This document shows, piece by piece, positions 39,391 to 50,928 of a stretch of DNA of 64,000 nucleotides. The position numbers and the translations under genes were made by a program. The first letter of the stretch is position 1. Each line of letters starts with the position of its first letter. Origin of the DNA: Cyanophyceae cyanobacterium. GTDB taxonomy: Bacteria > Cyanobacteriota > Cyanobacteriia > Cyanobacteriales > JBHJGN01. Under the pieces are notes generated by a model. The model did no database searches and had not been told where the DNA came from. It saw only the letters and a list, made by a program, of their open reading frames with translations. Location of the stretch: positions 32,001-96,000 of the forward strand of contig JBHJGN010000022.1 of NCBI GenBank assembly GCA_050331735.1. Reading direction: 5' to 3'.

Positions 39391-39660
39391 AATTAGTTCA
39401 CTATATGGCTATATCAGTAGAAAATGGGGCAGTCGTCAGTCTTGAAAAGGCAGGAGGCAGGGGGCATGAGAAGGCAGGAGGTTGCTCCCTAAAGGGAAGC
39501 GATGAAGAGCAGAAGGCGGGTACAAATTTGAGCCGTTTCTTTTCCCTACTGATTAGCTCTTAGCTTCTTCTGCTCACAAAACACAGAGCCAGGAAAGATG
39601 GCGGCAGTCGCATTGGAGCGAACCTCTTGGCCCGTTCCCCGCGCCTGCGGCGCTTTCCCC

Positions 39661-40005
39661 TTACCCCTTTCCCTTCTCTTCAAGTGCTGCCATCGCTACG
39701 TCTAGGGTTTCGTAGGTATTGAAGAAATCGAGAAAGCCAACGACCGCCATCGTATCTTGCAGCTCTGAGGAAAGTCCGACTAGAGCAAGATTGACATTGA
39801 GCTTAAGCGCCTGTCGGTGCAGCGAAAGCAGCAGGCGCAAGCCGGAACTAGACATATAATTAACACGGGTAAAATCAAGCATCAGGTTACGTTTGGCCTG
39901 AGTTAGAGGTCCAATTTCTGCTTGAATCTTTGGTGCTGTGTTCGCATCAATTTCTCCCTCTAATTTAACCACCGCAATTTCGGCTTCTTGCAGATAGGCG
40001 TTCAT
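39661..40005 (-). CDS. STAS anti-anti-sigma factor (RsbV-like)
   Basis: LEGEIDA and YMSSSGLRLL motifs. Confidence 0.9.
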   Translation of the reverse strand: MNAYLQEAEIAVVKLEGEIDANTAPKIQAEIGPLTQAKRNLMLDFTRVNYMSSSGLRLLLSLHRQALKLNVNLALVGLSSELQDTMAVVGFLDFFNTYETLDVAMAALEEKGKG

Positions 40006-40227
40006 TGTTCAAATACTCCGTTGATTTAAGACATCTGTGCGAAGAGACAAGCCTCGACGCGGCAATATTAAGGTTTGAGCCTCAATTAATAGCAATCAGG
40101 GTGAAATAAATGCCTTATGGTCCATCAAAAGCAAGCCCTAGGGTGCTCCAACAACGCAAGGACAAAAACCAAATTTGAGGTTTCGTGTGCATTCGCTCTG
40201 GTTAGCGTTGCTGTCTGGAGCCTGAAA

Positions 40228-40725
40228 CTATCTGTGTTTAGCCTGTTCTTTGCGCTGGGATAAATAATGGTCGTAAGCGACACAAATCCAAGCGCCGATG
40301 ATCATAAAGACGTTTTTATCCCAGTTGGCCTGGTTGTTCGGGAGTAAGCCATCGGGCGGCACTAACCCAAACGCCAAAATAAAGCTGAGCAGCATCAACA
40401 TGATTAGAATTCCGGCCCACTTAACCCAGCGGTTGATCACGAACAAGAACCCGGCAGCTAATTCAACGGGGATGAGCAGGTAGGCGTAAGGATAGGCTAG
40501 CAGAGGAGGCAGAGGGCCGATTCCTTCAAAACCGAATCCCCAAAGTCTTAACTTGCTGCCAGTAACGGTGGCTAGTAAACCGCCCTCCGTGTTGAAGTAC
40601 AGGTAGTTAGCAATCCCGGACAGGATAAAAAACAAGCCAAGAAGAATGCGCATGGTGGCGATCGCAATTCTGACCTGGTCCCACTCTTTTTTCAGACTGA
40701 CTTGATTTTGAGCATCCATCAGCAT
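40228..40725 (-). CDS. DoxX-family membrane protein
   Basis: RILLGLFFILSG and ELAAGFLFVI motifs, four TM segments; GGAGG RBS. Confidence 0.7.
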   Translation of the reverse strand: MLMDAQNQVSLKKEWDQVRIAIATMRILLGLFFILSGIANYLYFNTEGGLLATVTGSKLRLWGFGFEGIGPLPPLLAYPYAYLLIPVELAAGFLFVINRWVKWAGILIMLMLLSFILAFGLVPPDGLLPNNQANWDKNVFMIIGAWICVAYDHYLSQRKEQAKHR

Positions 40726-40912
40726 GGGTTAAACCTCCATTTACAGTAGTTAAAACAAGCTGTTAGCTGTTAGCTAAATTAAAAATAGACTTTGTCCATC
40801 TTCTAGTTGCTTTTAGCCGCTTTTAGAGATCAAAAGAGAGATTTTAGCCTCAAAAAGCGCTATGAGCTTGTACCGAAGAGCTGATTGCTAGAGCAATCTG
40901 CCTATCCATCTA

Positions 40913-42322
40913 TTACTCCTCCTCGACATCTTTGAGCTGAAGGAGAGTGGCCAGACCTGTTGCTTGCAGCATTTCATCAAAGGTATCTGGCTGTGCTAAC
41001 TTAAGCGCCAACAAGCCGGTACTCATTAACACCAGAATGGCAACTCCACTTCCAAGCCACTGTCCTACGGCTGTGTTTTTTTTGGCCGTTTGATGATGGT
41101 TGAAGAGTTCATCGGTTAACCACTGGGTTGTGGCTTTGAAGTTGTGTACCGAGTTAGGCAATAGCTCTAGATACGTCCCTTGACGAATCAGGTGACCGAC
41201 CTGACCAGAGACGATCAGGCGGTCAAACAAATTGGCGGCTCCTTCTCCAAGTCCGAGCTTCATTAAAGTTCCCCTCAGATGCACAGAGGCGGGCTTCAGG
41301 GGCTTTCCTTTGGCCAGGGCTGCCAGATTGTGAGCGATCGCCGCTCCCTGCTGATAGGCCACCTGGGCAGTGGCTGGCAGGTGGGCATCGCAATAGGCAC
41401 AGTCTCCTGCCGCGAAGACCTCGGGGAAGTCGGGAAGCTGCAAAGTTGGAGTAACCTGCAACCGTCCAGTGCGATCGCGGCGGTCTTGAGAAACGGGTAG
41501 TTCCTCAATCAGTGGATTGACGGTATTCCCGGCAGTCCAGATGGTGGTTGCACAGGGCAGTTGTTGGCGCTGGCCGTTTTGTTCGTAGGCTACCCACTCC
41601 GGTGAAACGGCTTTCACAGCGGCTTTGAACTCTAACTCTACAGCAACTGTGCGTCTTTGCATTGCTCTAACGGCTGTTTCCCGCAGATGAGAATTGATAT
41701 CTCCTTTGAGAATTTCTTGAGAGCGGTTAAGAATCACAATGCGAATTTCTTGGGCATTGCCGCCCAGTTTGGCGTACCACTGCGGGAGTAAATCGGCAAG
41801 CGTTAGGGCCATTTCTACTCCGGCTGGACCCGCCCCGACAACGGCTACCGTCAGCAAAGCACGTCGCTCGGATTCAGATTGAGTTTGACTAGCCCGCTGT
41901 AGGCAGTTTCGCAGGTGTTGCTTAAGCTGCTGAGCATCCTCACTGCTCCGAAAAGGCATGGAGTGCTCTGCGGCTCCTTCGGTATGGAAGTAGTTAGCAG
42001 TGCTGCCCAGGGCAAGGACCAAGTTGCTGTAGGAATAGCATAAGCCAGAAGCCAGTTTGACTTCATGTTTGGGCAGATCGATTTCTGTTACCCGATCCTG
42101 CACGTAAGCTATCCCGCTACAGGTCAACAGTTCTTCAAATCGGGGAGACACCTGATCCGTCGTCATCTCGACGCTCAGTAACTCGTACAGCAGTGGCTTG
42201 AAGACAAACCGCTCCGCTCGATCGATTAAGATCACGGGTCGAGGATAGCGCCTATGACACAGGTGCAAAGCGGTGAACAACCCAGCAAAGCCTGCTCCTA
42301 AAATCACTGTTGGTTTAGTCAT
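40913..42322 (-). CDS. Type II NAD(P)H dehydrogenase-family flavoprotein
   Basis: GAGFAG, FKPLLYE, GAGPAGVE, WTAG, FAAGD and PATAQVA motifs; C-terminal TM helix. Confidence 0.88.
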   Translation of the reverse strand: MTKPTVILGAGFAGLFTALHLCHRRYPRPVILIDRAERFVFKPLLYELLSVEMTTDQVSPRFEELLTCSGIAYVQDRVTEIDLPKHEVKLASGLCYSYSNLVLALGSTANYFHTEGAAEHSMPFRSSEDAQQLKQHLRNCLQRASQTQSESERRALLTVAVVGAGPAGVEMALTLADLLPQWYAKLGGNAQEIRIVILNRSQEILKGDINSHLRETAVRAMQRRTVAVELEFKAAVKAVSPEWVAYEQNGQRQQLPCATTIWTAGNTVNPLIEELPVSQDRRDRTGRLQVTPTLQLPDFPEVFAAGDCAYCDAHLPATAQVAYQQGAAIAHNLAALAKGKPLKPASVHLRGTLMKLGLGEGAANLFDRLIVSGQVGHLIRQGTYLELLPNSVHNFKATTQWLTDELFNHHQTAKKNTAVGQWLGSGVAILVLMSTGLLALKLAQPDTFDEMLQATGLATLLQLKDVEEE

Positions 42323-43335
42323 AAAAACTTAGGATTTCTCCAGTATTCTGTATCAGAATCTATAACAAGGAAAATTATAGAAACAACTGATTCAGAGCAA
42401 AAAATAGTTTGACAGATAGGCAAACTAATAGTTGCCTATTAGTATGAGAACTGAAGACAGATTTGACTACCCTAAATTAGGAATTTAAGGATAAATTTAT
42501 GACCTGCTGTTAGCTTAAGCTGGCAAGCTTCCTGTTTTTAGGTATAGGTTTGGCACTCAATTTTTCTGACAAATATTGTGATATTCCAGCGATAGAGCCA
42601 GGAAAATCAAACAAATTAGCAGCCCCTCGAACCTTAGCGCTATCTTGCCGCTCTTAGCCAGATAAAATTTGTTGTTCTTGCCGTTTTGTGTTTTTTTTGC
42701 TTTTGGAAAGTATGACTTTTATTAAGAGAGGTGTAGCAAATAATTCCCCTGTAAACTACAATACCTTCAAGAAGCGTATTGATCGCATTGATACGTTTTC
42801 TCCCCTTGCTATTTTGTCAGCCGATGGATAACGATAGCCAAAAAGTTTAGAACAGTAAATCAGTCTGAAAGCTAGTTCGGCAAATCAATATACTTCCAAG
42901 TTCTAATGCTGCGGTCACAATTAAAGTCGCCCGAGCTTTTTGTGCTTGTCGAGTCTGAAGCTAGGTTGGCTTATCTCAGTTAAGAACGCTGAGAAGGAAC
43001 CTCTATCTAGCTGCTCTAGCACCTGCTGCGCCCAATTAGCTTGTTACTTTTACTTTATTTTACAAAATATTAAGCAGATTTCAAAAGTATTAGCTGTAGA
43101 TTTTAGAACAGTTTCAAAAAATAATCTTATTAAATATTTTCCTAATCTTTTCTGTACAAGTCAACCTGTTTTTAGATAGTCTCTCAAACAGTTACAAGTA
43201 TAAAAGCTAGATAGCAAAAAATATTTCTCTGCTGGCATTTTGTCCAGTCAATCTGTTTTGTCTGTGTCTACCAGTAAGGCGTGTTTTCAGAGAGATATGC
43301 CTAGTGATGAGTCTATCGCAATCAGGAGAAAAAGC

Positions 43336-43683
43336 ATGAAACGAATCATAGCTGCAGGATGTGGAGCTCTCAGTCTCGGTTTTTCTACAGCCGTGTTTGC
43401 TTTAGAAGCTCAGCGTTCTGACAGTGTTCTTGTCGCCCGTCAGAATTCAGAAGTAACTCCCTATAGTTTAGTAAGTAGCGGCTATCAAGGTTTTTTAAAA
43501 TCCCAGGGAATTCCCTCTGCCTCTACCTTTATTACCGGTATTAAAGCAAATAAAGTAACAGCTACTAGCTTAATTAATGCCGGAATTGCGATGGGAAGAC
43601 TATCTGAAAATAAACTCGATGATCGCACTTACGTTATTGCCGTTAGCCGTTTACTCGATAATTTAGCTAGTTCTTCCAACTAA
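43336..43683 (+). CDS. Secreted hypothetical protein
   Basis: AGGAG RBS then a signal peptide MKRIIAAGCGALSLGFSTAVFA; P..LV..GYQG.L..QGIPS core. Confidence 0.65.
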   Translation: MKRIIAAGCGALSLGFSTAVFALEAQRSDSVLVARQNSEVTPYSLVSSGYQGFLKSQGIPSASTFITGIKANKVTATSLINAGIAMGRLSENKLDDRTYVIAVSRLLDNLASSSN

Positions 43684-43889
43684 TGCTTTTCCCAAAAATT
43701 TAAGCTTTGTTTTCAATGAGGGCCATCCGCGCGAGACGAGATTGGGGATGGAGGACTGCCAAAGCACGTTCCTAGCAATCAGCTCAAGCCTTTGCCAAGG
43801 GGAAGAAAACTGAAGTGGTCAATTTGCGTTGACCGATAGATTTTAGGTCAATGTTGCTCAACAGCTTGTTTTTAATTTAGGAGAGACTA

Positions 43890-46736
43890 ATGAGTCGCCT
43901 GCAAACATTACAAAATTACGGCCAGTCCGTCTGGCTAGACTATATTCGACGGAGTTCTATTGTCAGTCATGAAATAGAGCGATTAATCAGCGAAGATGGC
44001 TTAAAGGGGGTGACCTCAAATCCCGCTATCTTTGAAAAGGCCATTGGGGGCAGTACAGACTACGATACGGCTCTTTCTACTCTAGAAAAAGACCGCGATC
44101 GCGAGGCGATGGCGCTCTATGAGCAGTTAGCCATCGAAGACATTCAGGCAACGGCGGATATTCTTAAGCCCGTCTACGAAGAAACCAATCGTCGGGATGG
44201 GTACGTCAGCTTGGAAGTCTCGCCGTATTTGGCTAACGACACCGAACGCACTATTTTAGAGGCGCGTCGGCTGTGGGAAGCAGTCGGACGGGAAAACCTG
44301 ATGGTGAAAATCCCGGCAACCGATGCGGGGATTCCGGCGATTCGGCAAGCGATCAGCGAGGGGATTAACGTCAATGTAACTCTGCTATTTGACCGGGCAT
44401 ATTACGAGCGGGTTGCCGAGGCCTACATCGGCGGACTCGAAGCCTACGCTCAATCCGGTGGCGATGTGTCGCGGGTAGCGAGCGTAGCGAGTTTCTTCAT
44501 CAGCCGCATTGATAGCAGCGTAGATAGTTTAATCAACGACAAACTCAAGCAGACCACTGACCCCCAGGAAAAGGAGATTTTAGAAAGCCTGTTGGGGAAA
44601 GTGGCGATCGCCAACGCCAAGCTGACCTATCAGTATTCGCAACACCTCTATCAAAGCGATCGCTGGCAAAAGCTCGCCGCTCAAGGCGCTCAGCCGCAGC
44701 GGTTGCTGTGGGCCAGTACGGGAACCAAAAATCCTCAGTACAGCGATGTACTGTATGTCGAAGAACTAATCGGTTCTGACACCGTTAATACCGTTCCCCC
44801 GGCGACATTTTCGGCCTTCCGCGATCATGGCGAATCCCGCTCTAGCTTAGCGGAAAACGTGGCCGAGGCGGAGGAAGTGATTACTAACTTAGCCAAGGTC
44901 GGCATTTCTTTGAGCGAAGTGACCACAAGCCTGCTCAATAAAGCCGTACAGCTCTTTGCGGAAGCTTTTGATAAGCTCCTCAGCACCATCGAGAAGAAAC
45001 GCGAGGCGGTGTTAGCCGATGACCTCGATTGCTTAACCTATCAACTGCCCGAAGACCTGACCCAGAAAGTTCAGGACTCCTTAGTAGAGTGGCGCAAAGC
45101 GGGCAAAATTCGCCGTCTGTGGGACCGCGATGCCTCTTTGTGGACCAATGAAGACGAAAACCGCTGGTTAGGCTGGCTCTGTACCACCGAAGACCAGTTA
45201 GGACACATTGAGCGACTCCAGCAGCTCGCGGAAGAAAGCAAGCAGTTTAAGTACGTTCTCTTGCTCGGCATGGGCGGCTCTTCCCTTTGTCCAGAAGTGA
45301 TGAAGCTGACCTTTGGCCGAGTGTTAGGGGCTCCCGAACTGCTGATTCTTGACTCTACCGATCCGGCGCAGGTTAAGACGGTTGAAGCGCAGATTGAGCT
45401 CACCAAAACGTTATTTATCGTTTCCAGTAAGTCGGGCAGTACCCTAGAGCCCAACATCTTCAAGCAGTATTTCTTCGACCGCCTCAGTCAAATTGTCGGT
45501 GCCGAGGCGGCGGGTCAGCAGTTTATTGCCGTTACCGATCCGGGGTCCAAGCTTGAGAAAGTAGCAAAAGCAGATCACTTTCGCCATATCTTCTACGGCA
45601 TTCCCAGCATTGGCGGTCGCTACTCGGCCCTGTCTAACTTTGGCATGGTTCCGGCGGCAGCAATGGGCGTGGATGTGGCTAAGCTATTAGATCTCGCGGA
45701 GGAGATGGTGCATTCCTGTGCGCCTTCGGTTCCCGCAGAAGACAACGCTGGCGTGGTGCTCGGAACGATTCTTGGTGTCTTGGCTAATGAGGGACGCGAT
45801 AAAGTTACCCTAATTACGTCTCCCGGCATTGGCGATCTCGGAGCTTGGCTCGAGCAGCTCCTCGCTGAATCCACCGGTAAGCAAGGAAAAGGACTGATTC
45901 CGGTCGATCTCGAACCTCTGGGAGCACCGGAGCAATACGGCAGCGATCGCCTGTTTGTCTACGCGCGGCTAACGGCGGCTCCCGATCCTGAGCAGGATGC
46001 CGCTATCGAGAAACTCAAGCAAGCCGGACAGCCGGTGGTCAACATCTCCGTCAGAGATCGCTATCACATCGCTCAGGAATTCTTCCGCTGGGAAGTGGCA
46101 ACGGCAGTTGCCGGGTCGATTATTGGCATCAATGCCTTTAACCAACCCGATGTCGAAGCGAGTAAAATTGCCACGCGGGAACTCACCTCGGAGTACGAAC
46201 AAACTGGAACCTTGCCTCCTGAGTCTCCGATTTTCAGCGAGTCTGGCATCCAGCTATTTACAGATGATAACAACGCGGCCTTCTTAAACGAAACAGTCGG
46301 CAGCGAACCCAGTTTGTCTCAATACCTCCAGGCTCACCTCCAGCGACTCACCGCCGGAGACTACTTTGCGCTGCTGGCCTATATCGAAATGAACCAGCCG
46401 CATCAAGAGCAGCTACAGGCCATCCGTCAGTCAATCCGCGATCGCTTCAAGGTGGCCACCTGCTTGGGCTTCGGTCCTCGCTTTCTCCACTCCACCGGAC
46501 AGGCGTACAAAGGCGGACCCAACTCCGGAGTCTTCCTGCAAATCACCTGTGACGATGCCCTCGATCTCAGCGTACCCGGACAAAAATATAGCTTTGGAGT
46601 CGTCAAAGCCGCGCAAGCGCGAGGGGACTTCCAGGTATTAGGAGAGCGCCACCGCCGCGCTTTGCGAGTGCATCTTAGCAAGGATGTAGAAGCTGGACTG
46701 GCGACGTTGCAGCAGGCTATCGAGCAGGCGATCTAG
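43890..46736 (+). CDS. tal-pgi: Bifunctional transaldolase / glucose-6-phosphate isomerase
   Basis: QSVWLD, GVTSNPAIF, MVKIPAT and LLWASTGTK (transaldolase) followed by GMGGSS, SSKSGST, GGRYS, QLLAESTGK and FNQPDVE (PGI). Confidence 0.95.
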   Translation: MSRLQTLQNYGQSVWLDYIRRSSIVSHEIERLISEDGLKGVTSNPAIFEKAIGGSTDYDTALSTLEKDRDREAMALYEQLAIEDIQATADILKPVYEETNRRDGYVSLEVSPYLANDTERTILEARRLWEAVGRENLMVKIPATDAGIPAIRQAISEGINVNVTLLFDRAYYERVAEAYIGGLEAYAQSGGDVSRVASVASFFISRIDSSVDSLINDKLKQTTDPQEKEILESLLGKVAIANAKLTYQYSQHLYQSDRWQKLAAQGAQPQRLLWASTGTKNPQYSDVLYVEELIGSDTVNTVPPATFSAFRDHGESRSSLAENVAEAEEVITNLAKVGISLSEVTTSLLNKAVQLFAEAFDKLLSTIEKKREAVLADDLDCLTYQLPEDLTQKVQDSLVEWRKAGKIRRLWDRDASLWTNEDENRWLGWLCTTEDQLGHIERLQQLAEESKQFKYVLLLGMGGSSLCPEVMKLTFGRVLGAPELLILDSTDPAQVKTVEAQIELTKTLFIVSSKSGSTLEPNIFKQYFFDRLSQIVGAEAAGQQFIAVTDPGSKLEKVAKADHFRHIFYGIPSIGGRYSALSNFGMVPAAAMGVDVAKLLDLAEEMVHSCAPSVPAEDNAGVVLGTILGVLANEGRDKVTLITSPGIGDLGAWLEQLLAESTGKQGKGLIPVDLEPLGAPEQYGSDRLFVYARLTAAPDPEQDAAIEKLKQAGQPVVNISVRDRYHIAQEFFRWEVATAVAGSIIGINAFNQPDVEASKIATRELTSEYEQTGTLPPESPIFSESGIQLFTDDNNAAFLNETVGSEPSLSQYLQAHLQRLTAGDYFALLAYIEMNQPHQEQLQAIRQSIRDRFKVATCLGFGPRFLHSTGQAYKGGPNSGVFLQITCDDALDLSVPGQKYSFGVVKAAQARGDFQVLGERHRRALRVHLSKDVEAGLATLQQAIEQAI

Positions 46737-46980
46737 CGACTGGCGAACGGCATGGATGCAATGCTGGTTGCTCATTGTTGATGGTTCATCGACTACTGAG
46801 GGATGGACCATCACCAAGCAAAGCGATCGCCTTTCTTGGTGGGGTCGAGAGTTTTGACTGTTTTCCTGCTTCAAAGCTCGTTCAAGCTAATTTTTCTTTG
46901 ACCTCACCGCAGCCATTTTGTCCCCCGCATTGCCAGGTCTTTTTTGAAAATAACGCATACATACTAATTAGGAGAAAAAC

Positions 46981-47964
46981 ATGGAAATTGGTGTTTTCGG
47001 CTTAGGTCGGATGGGAGCTAATATTGTGCGTCGCTTGATGCGACAAGAGCATCGCTGCGTTGTCTTTAACCGCACTCCCGATAAAGTCAAGCAATTAGAA
47101 TCTGAAGGAGCATCTGGAGCTACGTCTCTAGAAGATTTGGTCAAACAACTCACGCCTCCTCGCGCTGTCTGGGTGATGGTTCCTGCCGGACAAGCCACCG
47201 AGCAAGCCGTTGTTCAGCTCGGCGAACTACTGGAAGCCGGAGATACCATTATTGACGGCGGGAATACCTACTTTAAAGATGACGTGCGCCGCGCTCAGTC
47301 TTTAAAAGAAAAAGGCATTCACTACGTCGATGTGGGAACAAGCGGCGGAGTCTGGGGCCTAGAGCGAGGCTACTGCATGATGATTGGTGGCGAAACCGAG
47401 GTCGTGCAGCATCTCGACCCGATTTTTAAAACTCTCGCTCCTGGAATCGGCGATATTCCCAGAACGCCGGGACGTGAGAGCCTCAACGGTGCTAGCGGCA
47501 CGTCCGAAGATGGCTATCTGCACTGCGGCCCTGTGGGTGCCGGTCACTTTGTGAAGATGGTGCACAATGGCGTCGAGTATGCATTGATGCAGGCTTACGC
47601 AGAAGGATTTGATATCTTCAAAAATGCCGCCTCGGAAGATCTGCCCGCAGAGTATCGCTATGACCTGAATATTGCTGACGTTGCTGAGGTGTGGCGACGC
47701 GGTAGCGTTGTCGGCTCCTGGCTGCTCGACCTCTCAGCGATGGCGCTGCTAGAAAATCCCACCCTGTCTGACTACACCGGGTTTGTGCAGGATTCTGGCG
47801 AAGGACGCTGGACCATCATGGCCGCCATCGAAGAAGCGGTTCCCGTAGACGTTCTATCGGCAGCTCTCTATACTCGCTTCCGTTCCCGCCAGGAGCATAC
47901 CTTCGCCGAAAAAGCCCTGTCAGCCATGCGCTTTAAGTTCGGCGGACACACGGAGAAGAAGTAG
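46981..47964 (+). CDS. gnd: 6-phosphogluconate dehydrogenase, decarboxylating, short form
   Basis: [31 protein letters not shown] and DSGEGRWT motifs. Confidence 0.95.
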   Translation: MEIGVFGLGRMGANIVRRLMRQEHRCVVFNRTPDKVKQLESEGASGATSLEDLVKQLTPPRAVWVMVPAGQATEQAVVQLGELLEAGDTIIDGGNTYFKDDVRRAQSLKEKGIHYVDVGTSGGVWGLERGYCMMIGGETEVVQHLDPIFKTLAPGIGDIPRTPGRESLNGASGTSEDGYLHCGPVGAGHFVKMVHNGVEYALMQAYAEGFDIFKNAASEDLPAEYRYDLNIADVAEVWRRGSVVGSWLLDLSAMALLENPTLSDYTGFVQDSGEGRWTIMAAIEEAVPVDVLSAALYTRFRSRQEHTFAEKALSAMRFKFGGHTEKK

Positions 47965-48133
47965 TCGCGTTCGCGACGGGGAAGGGGGAAAGGGAAAAAT
48001 TGTCCCTTTCGGGACGGGTAAAGGGAAATCTGTCGCTCCGCGACGGTCAAAGAACACAGGACTAAGGAATAGGCTGAATCATTACTTCCTTTCCCCCGTC
48101 CCCTTTTCCCTTTCCCCTGCGCCTAGCGGCGCT
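47963..48133. repeat. Composite heptamer / mini-hairpin repeat
   Basis: GTCGCGTTCGCGAC, GTCCCTTTCGGGAC and GTCGCTCCGCGAC separated by GGGGAAA tracts, followed by an AAAGAACAC...AGGAA core. Confidence 0.85.
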
Positions 48134-48158
48134 CTTATTGATTTATGGAAAGAAAATT

Positions 48159-49715
48159 ATGGTACTTATTGGAAATAGAGCAACGACCGAGCAGCAGTCG
48201 GTTCAGATTGCCGATCCGTGCATTATTGTAATCTTTGGGGCGACTGGAGATCTTACCAAGCGCAAGCTGATTCCGGCTCTCTATAATTTAGCAACGAATA
48301 ATCTGCTGCCGGAAGAATTTGCGGTGGTGGGCGTGGCTCGCAATGAGCTGAATACTGATGCGTTCCGGGATAGAATGAATCAGGATTTTCAGGAATTTGC
48401 TCCGGCTAATGCCGATCAAAAGCTATGGGATTGGTTGGAAGCTAAAATTCACTATCTGCAAGGGGATTTCAAGAGCCCGGAAACCTATACCCAGTTAGCG
48501 AGTCTTCTTGCTCAGCTCGACCAGCAATACGGCACTCAGGGTAACTATCTCTACTACCTAGCAACCGCTCCGAGCTTCTTTTGCAACATCGTTTCGCACC
48601 TTGGTAACGTGGGCTTGGCTCGGGAAGAGAACGGTCACTGGCGACGGGTGGTGATCGAAAAGCCGTTCGGGCAAGATTTGGCCTCGGCGCAGGCACTCAA
48701 TCAGCAAATTACCGGTGTCCTTAACGAGTGCCAGATTTACCGCATCGACCACTATCTCGGGAAAGAAACAGTTCAGAACATTCTAGTATTTCGGTTTGGC
48801 AACGGTTTGTTTGAGCCGATTTGGAACTATCGCTATATCGACCACGTACAAATTACCGTGGCGGAAACCGTTGGTGTCGGCAGTCGCGCCGATTACTATG
48901 AAGGATCGGGAGCCATGCGGGATATGGTGCAAAACCACCTGTTCCAACTGCTGGCGATGGTGGCGATGGAGCCGCCGATTTCCTTCGATGCGGATGCGGT
49001 ACGGGATGAAAAATCAAAAGTGCTGCGCTCCATTCTGCCTTTTAGCGAAGCCGACGTGCTCAACTACGCCGTTCGCGGTCAGTACGGTGAGGGCTTAGTC
49101 GGGGGCAAAAAGGTTCCCGGATATCGCTCTGAATCGCGGGTAGACCCCAACTCCAACACCGAAACCTTCGCCGCTATGAAGTTGTCTATCGACAACTGGC
49201 GCTGGGCGAATGTCCCCTTCTATCTGCGCACCGGCAAGAGAATGGCAGAGCGAGTCAGCGAAATTGCCATTCAGTTTAAGCAGGTGCCCTCTCTGCTGTT
49301 CCGACAAACTCCTATCGAGCAGCTTACTCCTAACTTCTTAGTGCTGCGGATTCAGCCCAATGAAGGAATTACCTTGCAGTTTGGGGCCAAGGTTCCCGGA
49401 CCAACGGTGCAGATGGGAACGGTGGGTATGGATTTCTGCTATGCCAATTACTTCCACAGCACCCCCACCACTGGTTACGAAACGCTGATCTACGACTGCA
49501 TGATTGGTGATGCTACTCTGTTCCAGCGTTCGGACAACGTTGAACTAGGCTGGAGCGTGGTTAAATCTACTCTAGATGTGTGGAATACTCTCCCCTACGG
49601 CAATTTCCCGAACTATGCCGCTGGTTCTTGGGGACCGGCTGAGGCCGAACAGCTACTCGCCCGCGATGGTCGTCAGTGGCGCACTATCAATCCGGCCTTC
49701 TGTAGCCTGAGCTAG
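48159..49715 (+). CDS. zwf: Glucose-6-phosphate 1-dehydrogenase
   Basis: [20 protein letters not shown] and [13 protein letters not shown] motifs. Confidence 0.97.
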   Translation: MVLIGNRATTEQQSVQIADPCIIVIFGATGDLTKRKLIPALYNLATNNLLPEEFAVVGVARNELNTDAFRDRMNQDFQEFAPANADQKLWDWLEAKIHYLQGDFKSPETYTQLASLLAQLDQQYGTQGNYLYYLATAPSFFCNIVSHLGNVGLAREENGHWRRVVIEKPFGQDLASAQALNQQITGVLNECQIYRIDHYLGKETVQNILVFRFGNGLFEPIWNYRYIDHVQITVAETVGVGSRADYYEGSGAMRDMVQNHLFQLLAMVAMEPPISFDADAVRDEKSKVLRSILPFSEADVLNYAVRGQYGEGLVGGKKVPGYRSESRVDPNSNTETFAAMKLSIDNWRWANVPFYLRTGKRMAERVSEIAIQFKQVPSLLFRQTPIEQLTPNFLVLRIQPNEGITLQFGAKVPGPTVQMGTVGMDFCYANYFHSTPTTGYETLIYDCMIGDATLFQRSDNVELGWSVVKSTLDVWNTLPYGNFPNYAAGSWGPAEAEQLLARDGRQWRTINPAFCSLS

Positions 49716-49871
49716 GTGGGTAGGTGTCGTTGAAGAGACACAGGGGCCATCGAGGTGACGGTCGGGAGTTGGGCTAAGGTTCAGCACAAGCAAAGTTAAT
49801 TCCTTTCCCCCTGACCCTTTCCCCTCACATCAAAAATTCACTTCCCACTATTAATTATTGGTTATCGAATC

Positions 49872-50882
49872 GTGAGCAAACAAGGAATAACGCTAAACCG
49901 CTATCTTTGGCAGCAGTACAAAGAAGCGAAGCTACCGCTCGATCTGTTGATGCTGCTAGAGCAGATGGCATTTGCGGGTAAAATTTTAGCCCGGGAAATC
50001 AGTCGCGCTGCGTTAGTTGGCAAACTGGGGCTGGTCGGCGAAAAGAACGCCACCGGCGATGCCCAGAAAAAACTAGATGTCTTCAGCAACCAGGTTGTTA
50101 TCGACACTTTTACAGAGCTAGGATTGGTATCGGCGATCGCCTCTGAAGAACTCGATCAGGTAGAGTTCATCGACTGCGGCCAAGATACGCCCTATATCCT
50201 CTGCACCGATCCCCTCGACGGCTCTTCTAATACCGACACGGCGGGGTCTCTGGGGACTATTTTTGGGATCTACCGTCGCCTCAGCCAAGGACCGTGCGGC
50301 ACTGAGGCCGATGCGCTCCGGCCAGGGACTGAGTTAGTGACAGCGGGCTATATCCTCTATAGCACCAGCACGATCTTGGTATTTACCTGCGCTAACTCTG
50401 TTCAGGGCTTTACCCTCGATCCAGACTTGGGGGAGTTTCTGCTGTCTCACCCCGATATGCGCTGTCCAGAAACCGGAAAAATCTACAGTGCCAACCTCAG
50501 CTACTCTCCGGAGTGGCATCCGCACCTCCAGCAGTACGTAGACTACTTAAGCGATCGCACCAACAAATCTCAGCCAACCTCGCTGCGCTACGCCGGGGCG
50601 TTAGTCGGCGATTTCCACCGCTGTTTGCTTCAGGGCGGGCTGTATTTCTATCCAGGAACCGCTCAGCAGCCAGACGGAAAGCTACGCCTGCTCTACGAGT
50701 GCGCTCCTCTAGCGTTGGTCGCAGAACTCGCAGGCGGCAAAGCCAGCACTGGCCAGCAGCGCATTTTAGATCTCAAACCCGAGTCGATTCATCAGCGTGC
50801 GCCTCTGGCCATTGGCAGTACCGCTGCCGTCACTTTCTACGAACAATTTCTCAACTCTGGTCGCAGTGCTGCTGCCGCCTAA
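49872..50882 (+). CDS. fbp: Fructose-1,6-bisphosphatase class I
   Basis: GDAQKKLDV, SEE, DPLDGSSN and GKLRLLYECAP motifs. Confidence 0.95.
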   Translation: MSKQGITLNRYLWQQYKEAKLPLDLLMLLEQMAFAGKILAREISRAALVGKLGLVGEKNATGDAQKKLDVFSNQVVIDTFTELGLVSAIASEELDQVEFIDCGQDTPYILCTDPLDGSSNTDTAGSLGTIFGIYRRLSQGPCGTEADALRPGTELVTAGYILYSTSTILVFTCANSVQGFTLDPDLGEFLLSHPDMRCPETGKIYSANLSYSPEWHPHLQQYVDYLSDRTNKSQPTSLRYAGALVGDFHRCLLQGGLYFYPGTAQQPDGKLRLLYECAPLALVAELAGGKASTGQQRILDLKPESIHQRAPLAIGSTAAVTFYEQFLNSGRSAAAA

Positions 50883-50928
50883 AGTCACAACCTACTTCAT
50901 TGTCGTCAAGTTTCATTAGGAGTTATTC

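Noticed and set aside
42751..42764. GTA-N8-TAC NtcA-like site
   Set aside because: A single minimal match in AT-rich DNA, more than 400 bp from either start codon; expected by chance.
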